NCBI GenBank assembly: GCA_964620445.1 | Contig: CAZUHB010000004.1 | Location: 45,461-109,460, forward strand | DNA: 64,000 nucleotides | Origin: an uncultured Phycisphaerales bacterium | Lineage (GTDB): Bacteria; Planctomycetota; B15-G4; CAYZWU01 | Reading direction: 5' to 3' | Translations under genes and position numbers: made by a program | In this document: one piece after another, positions 57,806 through 64,000 of the stretch | Layout of the letters: the number at the start of each line of letters is the position of its first letter | How positions within the stretch are numbered: the stretch's first letter is position 1 | The notes under the pieces: model-generated | Database searches by the model: none | The model's input: only the letters and a program-made list of their open reading frames with translations | What the model was told of the DNA's origin: nothing

Positions 57806-58189
57806 ATGTTGATTGCCGCACCTGTTTTCAGATCCAGGATTTCGCCGGTCTTTGACGTGGCCCAAACCATTCTCATCGCGACGATCGTTGATGGATGCGA
57901 AACAGCGAGAAAAGAGATCTCTCTGAACGGATTGGGACCCCGGCGCCGTGTCGCGCTCCTCGCGCGCGAGGGAACGGACGCGCTGATTTGCGGGGCGATC
58001 ACCAGCCATTCGCAGCAACTCGTCGAGACCGTTGGAATCAGGATCCATCCAGGCATCGCGGGAGACGTGGAGCAGGTCCTGTTTGCCTTTTGCCGGAATC
58101 GGCTCGATCGAGCCGACTTTCGCATGCCGGGCTGCTGCAGGAAACCCCATTTTCGAGGGCGGGGCCGGAGATTCATCGACCGTCGATAG
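57806..58189 (+). CDS. NifB/NifX family Fe-Mo cofactor-binding domain protein
   Basis: RISPVFDVA, LICGAI, MPGCC. Confidence 0.8.
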   Translation: MLIAAPVFRSRISPVFDVAQTILIATIVDGCETARKEISLNGLGPRRRVALLAREGTDALICGAITSHSQQLVETVGIRIHPGIAGDVEQVLFAFCRNRLDRADFRMPGCCRKPHFRGRGRRFIDRR

Positions 58190-58205
58190 ATACGAAAGGG
58201 AAGTC

Positions 58206-58571
58206 ATGAAGATCGCTGTTTCGAGCCAGGGTAAAGATCTGGAAAGTCTCGTCGATCCACGCTTCGGCAGGGCCCGGTTTTTTCTGATCGTCGATATCGA
58301 AACGGACCACCTTGCGGCGTGTGAGAACTCACAGAGCGTCAATGCTCTTCAGGGCGCGGGCATACAGGCGGCCGATACGGTGGCGCGGCAAGGAGCGAGT
58401 GCTCTCTTGACCGGACACTGCGGCCCGAAAGCTTTCAGGGCGCTCACGGCAGCCGGTATCGAGGTGTACGCCAATGTTTCCGGCTCCGTGCGCGACGCCG
58501 TGGAGAAGTTCAAGCAGGGCAAGTACGAGCGGGCGGCGGGCCCCGACGTGCAAGGCCACTGGAACGGATAG
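58206..58571 (+). CDS. NifB/NifX family Fe-Mo cofactor-binding domain protein
   Basis: MKIAVSS...VDPRFGRA...GAGIQAA...TGHCGPKAF...GHW. Confidence 0.9.
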   Translation: MKIAVSSQGKDLESLVDPRFGRARFFLIVDIETDHLAACENSQSVNALQGAGIQAADTVARQGASALLTGHCGPKAFRALTAAGIEVYANVSGSVRDAVEKFKQGKYERAAGPDVQGHWNG

Positions 58572-58585
58572 GAAAGGAGTTTGCC

Positions 58586-58972
58586 ATGCCTCGAGGAGAC
58601 AGAACTGGACCGGCCGGGCAGGGACCGAAGACGGGCCGAGGAGCGGGATACTGTTCGGGCAGCGACATGCCGGGATTCGAGAGTGGGCGCACGCGATTCG
58701 GTCCTGGCCGCGGACCGGGCTTTGGCCGTGGCTTCGGGCCTCCCTTTGCGTCCGAGATGGATCCCGGCCGGAGGGCGGGCTGGAGCTGGGGCAGACCTTT
58801 CACAAGCTGGTGCCGGTGCCTCTGGGACAGGTTTTCGGGATCAGCCTCACCATCGCGGCGCGATGAGCTGGAGGGGCTGAAACAGGAAGCCGCCAACATG
58901 GAGGAAACGCTCGACCGGATCAAAGAGCGCATCGACGAACTCGAGTCGGAAAAACAGACACAAGAGAACTGA
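58586..58972 (+). CDS. DUF5320-like Gly/Arg-rich coiled-coil protein
   Basis: MPRGDRTGPAGQGPKTGRGAGYC start; C-terminal coiled coil. Confidence 0.85.
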   Translation: MPRGDRTGPAGQGPKTGRGAGYCSGSDMPGFESGRTRFGPGRGPGFGRGFGPPFASEMDPGRRAGWSWGRPFTSWCRCLWDRFSGSASPSRRDELEGLKQEAANMEETLDRIKERIDELESEKQTQEN

Positions 58973-58986
58973 TTGGATCGGGGACC

Positions 58987-59835
58987 ATGAAGATAGCGGT
59001 GGCGAGCGGCAAGGGTGGAACGGGCAAGACCACGATCGCCTCGAGTCTTGCTCTTTGCCTCGCCGACAACCGGCACGGCGTGACCTTTGTCGACTGCGAC
59101 GTCGAGGAACCGAACGGATTCATCTTTCTGAAGCCGACGGTCGAGAGTTCCGAGACCGCCTCCGTGCCCGTGCCGGTCGTGAACGAAGCCCTGTGCACGG
59201 CGTGCGCCGAATGTGGCCGGATCTGCCGGTTCAGCGCGATCGTCTGCCTCGGCGGCGCGGCCGTGACCTTCCCCGAGCTTTGCAAGGGATGCGGCGGTTG
59301 CTCGCTGGTGTGTGATGACGGAGCGATAACCGAGACCGGACGGGTCGTGGGAAAGATCGAATCGGGTTCGTCAGGGCGGCTCGGATTTCTTCACGGAAAG
59401 CTCCGGGTCGGAGAGGCCATGTCCCCGCCCTTGATCCGGCGGCTCAAGAGCAAGATTCCGGCCGAGGGGATCTTCATCCTCGATGCGCCCCCGGGCACGT
59501 CTTGCCCCGTGGTCGAAACGATCCGTGGGTGCGATTTCGTTCTCCTCGTGACCGAACCCACTCCCTTCGGCCTCAACGACCTCGAGCTGGCCGTGGAGAT
59601 GGTTCGCCTCCTTTGCGTCCCCTTTGCGGTCGGCGTCAACCGGATCGGGTCGGGCGACGACCGGGTCGAGCGGTTTTGCCGGAGGGAGGACATTCCGATC
59701 CTCTTCGAGCTGGAAGACGACCGCCGGATCGCCGCGGCCTACTCGCGCGGCGAACCCCTGATCAGAGCGCTTCCCGAGTACGGCAGGCTTTTCGAGAAAC
59801 TGGGAACCGGTCTTCTGATGGAGAAATCGGCGTGA
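58987..59835 (+). CDS. MinD-superfamily P-loop ATPase with 4Fe-4S ferredoxin insert
   Basis: SGKGGTGKTT, DCDVEEPN, CTACAECGRIC, CKGCGGCSLVC, DAPPGTSCP. Confidence 0.9.
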   Translation: MKIAVASGKGGTGKTTIASSLALCLADNRHGVTFVDCDVEEPNGFIFLKPTVESSETASVPVPVVNEALCTACAECGRICRFSAIVCLGGAAVTFPELCKGCGGCSLVCDDGAITETGRVVGKIESGSSGRLGFLHGKLRVGEAMSPPLIRRLKSKIPAEGIFILDAPPGTSCPVVETIRGCDFVLLVTEPTPFGLNDLELAVEMVRLLCVPFAVGVNRIGSGDDRVERFCRREDIPILFELEDDRRIAAAYSRGEPLIRALPEYGRLFEKLGTGLLMEKSA

Positions 59836-60758
59836 AGGAACTGACGGTCATCAGCGGCAAAGGCGGCACGGGCAAGACGAGCCTGGTGGCGTCCTTTGCC
59901 GCCCTGGCGCAGAGCAAGGTGATCGCCGATTGCGACGTGGATGCCGCCGACCTCCATCTGGTGACCGCTCCCCGCACGGTGGAGCGCCGTTCGTTCACGG
60001 GCGGCAAAGAAGCCGTTATCGACCCGGACCTCTGCAACGGATGCGGCTTCTGCCTGGACCTCTGCCGGTTCGGGGCGATATCGGCCGGCGGTTCGGCAAG
60101 TTCCATCGCCGGGGAAGCTTGCACCATCGACCCGTTCCTCTGCGAGGGCTGCGGTGTGTGCGCCCGCTTTTGCGAGGCAGGGGCGATCGAGCTCGACGAA
60201 CGCACGCAGGGCGAGTGGTACATTTCCGACACGAGGCTCGGGCCGATGGTACACGCCAGGCTCGGTATCGCGGCGGAAAACTCGGGCAAGCTGGTCTCGA
60301 TCATCCGGAACCGCGCCAGGGAGATCGCACGGGAAAAGAGCCTCGAATTCGTCATGGTCGACGGTTCCCCCGGCATCGGATGTCCGGTGATCGCATCGAT
60401 CACGGGCTGCGATCTCGTGATGGCCGTGACCGAGCCCACACTTTCGGGCCGGCACGATCTGGAGCGCGTGGCCGACCTGACCGCTCATTTCGGCATTCCG
60501 CTGATCGTGGCCGTCAACAAGTTCGATCTGAACGAAGCCGTCGCCCGCGAGATCGAAGAGTGGTGTGCTGAAAAGAAAATCGCGGTGGCGGGACGGATCC
60601 CTTACTGCGCCGATTTCACCGCCGCGATGATCGCTTGCCGGAGCGTGGTGGAGTACTGCGACCGCGCCGCGTCATCGGCGATAAGGGAACTGTGGACCGT
60701 CACGGTCGAGATGCTCCGCAATGGAGAGGATCGATCCGGTCGTTTTGTTCATTCTTGA
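59832..60758 (+). CDS. MinD-superfamily P-loop ATPase with 4Fe-4S ferredoxin insert (partner)
   Basis: GTG start overlapping the upstream stop; SGKGGTGKTS, DCDVDAAD, CNGCGFCLDLC, CEGCGVCARFC, DGSPGIGCP. Confidence 0.9.
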   Translation: MKELTVISGKGGTGKTSLVASFAALAQSKVIADCDVDAADLHLVTAPRTVERRSFTGGKEAVIDPDLCNGCGFCLDLCRFGAISAGGSASSIAGEACTIDPFLCEGCGVCARFCEAGAIELDERTQGEWYISDTRLGPMVHARLGIAAENSGKLVSIIRNRAREIAREKSLEFVMVDGSPGIGCPVIASITGCDLVMAVTEPTLSGRHDLERVADLTAHFGIPLIVAVNKFDLNEAVAREIEEWCAEKKIAVAGRIPYCADFTAAMIACRSVVEYCDRAASSAIRELWTVTVEMLRNGEDRSGRFVHS

Positions 60759-60772
60759 GTCAGGAACAGTAA

Positions 60773-61690
60773 ATGGAGAATCCGGAAAACGGGCCTGCAC
60801 AGGCCGAAACATGCACGAGTTGCCAGCAGTCCGACTGCTCGGCCAAGGTGCGGCAATTCAACGAATCGGAAGAGGATCATGCCGTGCGGCAAGCGATCGC
60901 CGGGCGCATGTGCCACATCAAAAAAAAGATACTGATCCTCTCCGGGAAGGGCGGAGTGGGCAAGAGCACGGTGGCGGCGAACACGGCCGTGGCGCTCCTT
61001 CTCGAGGGCAAGAAGGTGGGGCTCATGGACATCGACATCCACGGGCCGAGCATTCCCAAGCTCCTGAACATCAACGGAGTGCCCATGGCGAGCGCGGCCA
61101 ACTCGATCGAACCGGTCACCGCCGTCGGCGGGCTCAGGGTGATGTCGATCGGCTTCTTTCTGCAGAACAGGGACGATGCGGTGATCTGGCGCGGGCCGAT
61201 GAAGTTCGGAATGATCAGGCAGTTCCTCTCCGACGTGGAGTGGGGCGATCTCGATTATCTGATCGTCGATTCCCCGCCCGGTACGGGCGACGAGCCCCTT
61301 TCCGCAGCGCAGCTGATCCACGACGTGGACGGCGCCATCATCGTCACCACACCGCAGGACATCGCCGTGGACGACGTGCGGCGCTCGATCAATTTCTGCC
61401 GCCAGCTGAAGATTCCCGTGGCCGGAGTGGTGGAGAATATGTGCGGATTCGTCTGTCCGCACTGCGGGGTGGAAACGGACATCTTCAAGCGGGGGGGCGG
61501 CGTGGCCATGGCCGACCAGATGAAGGTCCCCTATCTCGGCGCGATCCCCATCGATCCCGACATCGTCGAGGCGAGCGACAACGGCACGCCCTATGTCCGG
61601 CAGTTCGCCCGGAGCCGGGCTGCCGAGGCGTTTCGGCAGTCGATCGTTCAACCTCTTTTCGATCTGGAAAAAGAAGGAAAAGTGAAATGA
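60773..61690 (+). CDS. mrp: Mrp/NBP35 (ApbC) Fe-S cluster carrier ATPase
   Basis: N-terminal CTSC...C; SGKGGVGKST, DIDIHGPS, WRGP, DSPPGTGD, ENM, CPHC. Confidence 0.92.
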   Translation: MENPENGPAQAETCTSCQQSDCSAKVRQFNESEEDHAVRQAIAGRMCHIKKKILILSGKGGVGKSTVAANTAVALLLEGKKVGLMDIDIHGPSIPKLLNINGVPMASAANSIEPVTAVGGLRVMSIGFFLQNRDDAVIWRGPMKFGMIRQFLSDVEWGDLDYLIVDSPPGTGDEPLSAAQLIHDVDGAIIVTTPQDIAVDDVRRSINFCRQLKIPVAGVVENMCGFVCPHCGVETDIFKRGGGVAMADQMKVPYLGAIPIDPDIVEASDNGTPYVRQFARSRAAEAFRQSIVQPLFDLEKEGKVK

Positions 61691-62025
61691 AAATAGCCAT
61701 CCCCACGGCCGGTGAAAGACTATGTCCCCATTTCGGCCATTGCGAAATATTCGCCTTCCTCGAAGTGGACCGGCAGGCAAGGACTATCTTGAAAAGGAAC
61801 GATGTCGTTCCTCCCCCGCATCAGCCCGGCCTGCTGCCCGGATGGCTACGGGAGCATGGTGTGAAACTGGTCATCGCCGGCGGAATGGGGCATCGCGCCC
61901 AGGAGTTTTTCAACCAGATGGGTATCGAGGTTGTCGTGGGCGCCCCGGCCGAAGATCCCGAGGATCTGGCCAGGTCATGGATGGACGGCACTCTCGTACT
62001 CGGAGGAAATGTTTGCGATCACTGA
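61687..62025 (+). CDS. NifB/NifX family protein (C-terminal CDH)
   Basis: MKIAIPT...CPHFGHC...PPHQPG...AGGMG...NVCDH. Confidence 0.9.
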   Translation: MKIAIPTAGERLCPHFGHCEIFAFLEVDRQARTILKRNDVVPPPHQPGLLPGWLREHGVKLVIAGGMGHRAQEFFNQMGIEVVVGAPAEDPEDLARSWMDGTLVLGGNVCDH

Positions 62026-62111
62026 CAGCATCGATTCGGATGGTTTTTCTTCATTATGGCCTCCTCTCAAAGTGCTCTGGAAGATCTGCTAGGATCGTCC
62101 GAATCGTAGAA

Positions 62112-62162
62112 GCGGGCCCGGCCAAGGACCTAACCAACCTTGATCCGGGCCCGCGCTTTTTT
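62112..62162 (+). terminator. Intrinsic terminator of the NifX/Mrp operon
   Basis: GCGGGCCCGG(62112-62121)/CCGGGCCCGC(62145-62154) plus inner CAAGG/CCTTG, followed by T6. Confidence 0.7.
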
Positions 62163-62194
62163 CCCGCGTCATCGAGACGGATGCCCGCCGGGGT

Positions 62195-63547
62195 TCAAAG
62201 ATCGGTGATGCCGTAGCGTTTCATCTTTCGCCAGAGAGTGTTGCGTGAAATACCCAGTTCCTTGGCGGACAGGGTCCGGTTGCGGTTGTTCCTTTCGAGC
62301 ACGGAGCGGATCGTTTCCGCCTCGGCGTTCTGCAAGGGCGTGGTGGCCCCGATTTCCGTTTCGAGGTCGGCGGTCACGCTCAGGAGCTGGGGAGGCAGGT
62401 CTTCGCGCTGGATCGTGTTGCCGGCGCACACGACGAAGGCGTGCTCGATCGCGTTTTCCAGCTCGCGCACGTTGCCCGGGTAGGAGTGGGCCATCAGGAT
62501 TGCCATGACCCGTTCGGAACAGCGCTGGATGCGCCGTCCCTGAATGGCGTTGAATCGATCGATGAAATGTTGGATGAGAAGCGGAATGTCCTCTCTTCTC
62601 TCGCGCAGCGGCGGGATGGTCAGCCGCACCACGTTGAGCCTGAAGAAGAGGTCCTGCCTGAATTTTTTCCGCTGGACCTCGTGGGAGAGGTCGGTGTTTG
62701 TCGCGGCGATGATGCGCACATCGGTTTTCTCCGGTTCCGTCGCTCCCAGGGGCTCATATTCCTTTTCCTGGAGCACGCGCAGGAGCTTGACCTGCAGCAC
62801 CTGGCTGAGCTCGCCGATCTCGTCGAAGAAAATCGATCCCCCTTCCGCGCGTGCGAATCGGCCCGGCTTGTCCTTCTTCGCGTCGGTGAACGCCCCTTTC
62901 TTGTAGCCGAAGAGCTCGCTCTCCAGAAGGGTGTCGGGCAGGGCGCCGCAGTTGACGGCCACGAAGGGTTTGTTTTTTCGCGGGCTCAGGTTGTGGACCG
63001 CGCGGGCGATCAGTTCCTTGCCCGTGCCGCTCTCACCCTCGACGAGAACATTGCTCTTGCTGTTGGCCACGAGGGGGAGCATCTCGAAGATGTTCTGCAT
63101 CAGCTTGCTCTTGGACACGATGTCCTCCAGGACATAGGACCCAAAAAGCCGCTTGCGCAGTTCCTTGATCGCGCTCAGGTCGCGGAACATCTCGACGCCG
63201 CCCAGAACGAGTCCGTGATCGTTGATGAGGGCAGCCGTGCTGATGGCGATCGGCAGCCGGCGGCCGTCCTTGGTGACGATCGTCACCTCGCGGTCCTCGA
63301 TCTGCTGCCTTGTCCGGATGCTGTGCTTCAGGGTGCAGTCTTCGTGGCATATGTCGGCCTGGAAGATGTCGCAGCAGGGCATGCCGATCACCTCTTCTCC
63401 CTTGTAGCCGGTGATCTCCTCGGCCTTGCGGTTGAAGCTGGTGATCAATCCGTCCGAGTTGATCGTGAAAATTCCCTGTGAGATCGCGTCGAAGATGAGC
63501 GGGAAATAGCGGGAATCGAGTTCGGATTCCTTCGGATCGAGAATCAT
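62195..63547 (-). CDS. PAS-domain sigma54-dependent transcriptional activator (paralog)
   Basis: PAS (SQGIFTIN), [35 protein letters not shown]; start at MILDP. Confidence 0.92.
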   Translation of the reverse strand: MILDPKESELDSRYFPLIFDAISQGIFTINSDGLITSFNRKAEEITGYKGEEVIGMPCCDIFQADICHEDCTLKHSIRTRQQIEDREVTIVTKDGRRLPIAISTAALINDHGLVLGGVEMFRDLSAIKELRKRLFGSYVLEDIVSKSKLMQNIFEMLPLVANSKSNVLVEGESGTGKELIARAVHNLSPRKNKPFVAVNCGALPDTLLESELFGYKKGAFTDAKKDKPGRFARAEGGSIFFDEIGELSQVLQVKLLRVLQEKEYEPLGATEPEKTDVRIIAATNTDLSHEVQRKKFRQDLFFRLNVVRLTIPPLRERREDIPLLIQHFIDRFNAIQGRRIQRCSERVMAILMAHSYPGNVRELENAIEHAFVVCAGNTIQREDLPPQLLSVTADLETEIGATTPLQNAEAETIRSVLERNNRNRTLSAKELGISRNTLWRKMKRYGITDL

Positions 63548-63575
63548 TTTGGTACCTGCCGTTATGTAATAACCA

Positions 63576-63625
63576 TGTCTCAAATGTGTGACACAATAAT
63601 TGTGACACGTGTCATATTTGAAACA
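63576..63625. promoter_or_regulatory. Cluster of candidate enhancer (UAS) sites
   Basis: TGTGACAC at 63587 and 63601; palindrome TGACACGTGTCA (63603-63614); TGT-N12-ACA (63576-63593) and TGT-N10-ACA (63610-63625). Confidence 0.55.
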
Positions 63626-63775
63626 AATGTTTTATCCACATAAACGAAATTAATACCAGATAAAGAAACTTAATATCAACAATTGTCACTTTGATAACTT
63701 TAACAGAATAAATTTCAACAATTAATGAAAACTACATCTTATCTTCCACAATCGAACTTTCCCAAAAATCCTGAT

Positions 63776-63792
63776 TCGGCGCACCCCTTGCT
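63776..63792 (+). promoter_or_regulatory. Candidate sigma54 -24/-12 promoter
   Basis: CGGCGCACCCCTTGCT: GG(63778-63779)-N10-GC(63790-63791), upstream of an RBS and ATG. Confidence 0.65.
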
Positions 63793-63854
63793 CTCAGTCT
63801 TCCCATGTGACACTTTGCTGCATTTTCTTGGAACACCTGCGTGAGGAACATCTC

Positions 63855-64000
63855 ATGGCCGTGAAGTACAGCTTCTACGTGGAACCTTTTGAAGAGACGG
63901 GCCGCCCCAGGCGATTTCTGGAAGCAATGGCGGCGATCTTGAAGCATTCCAACTACGGCTTTCTGCTCGACATCTACTCGAAGATCCGCACCCGCTGCAC
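63855..64000 (+). CDS. 3'-truncated CDS, unknown (possibly an Fe-S protein)
   Basis: GAGGA RBS; MAVKYSFYVEPFEETGRPRRFLEAMAAILKHSNYGFLLDIYSKIRTRC, open to the window end. Product is a guess from context. Confidence 0.6.
   Translation, partial: MAVKYSFYVEPFEETGRPRRFLEAMAAILKHSNYGFLLDIYSKIRTRC

Noticed and set aside
57806-62025. Nitrogen fixation cluster
   Set aside because: NifB/NifX-type domains and a TGT-N10-ACA box occur, but no nifH, nifD, nifK, nifE or nifN is in the window, and these domains are common outside diazotrophs.
13-63947. Long overlapping antisense or alternate-frame ORFs in the track (e.g. 10995-12584, 14468-16252, 37914-40517, 40399-41880, 44333-45877)
   Set aside because: They are shadows of real genes in high-GC DNA: Arg/Pro/Ala-rich, with no family motifs, and fully overlapping well-supported CDSs.
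1-64000. HIP1-like over-representation of GCGATCGC / CGATCG
   Set aside because: Several copies are visible, but GCG-ATC-GC codon runs (Ala-Ile-Ala) in a high-GC genome could explain them. A codon-shuffled count is needed and could not be run.
1-64000. tRNA (including tRNA-Sec), rRNA, riboswitch, transposase or integrase genes
   Set aside because: None was recognisable by eye in the intergenic regions; a covariance-model scan would be needed to exclude small RNAs.

Overview
A GC-rich bacterial window, most consistent with an anaerobic Planctomycetota-like organism (inferred from a TIGR02999-type ECF sigma factor, three large Ser/Thr kinases, FG-GAP proteins, Tat sulfatases and a NifX/Mrp Fe-S operon). 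About 40 CDSs are supportable; no rRNA, tRNA, CRISPR array or transposase was seen. The main result is evidence of selenocysteine recoding that the ORF track misses. (1) A secreted FG-GAP/VCBS beta-propeller gene (29063-30382) is interrupted by one in-frame TGA directly followed by Cys (SYY-U-C-LGSSP). A SECIS-like hairpin has its G-first loop after a 19-nt spacer and is written in atypical codons, making this a candidate new extracytoplasmic Sec-Cys selenoprotein. (2) A canonical Rdx/SelW-type CxxU selenoprotein (50441-50671) with a GGUCU-loop SECIS supports Sec use by this genome. Other points: a TTAA-flanked MITE-like element abutting the RBS of a tandem pair of secreted paralogs; two ~120-130 aa domains shared among several unrelated secreted proteins; an ECF plus two kinase-FGE receptor module; a 14-Cys small lipoprotein; an AbgT transporter with an ~88-aa insertion; and an Fe-S/NifX operon flanked by two PAS-sigma54 activators with candidate -24/-12 promoters. 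All calls are by eye from the sequence; no searches were run.
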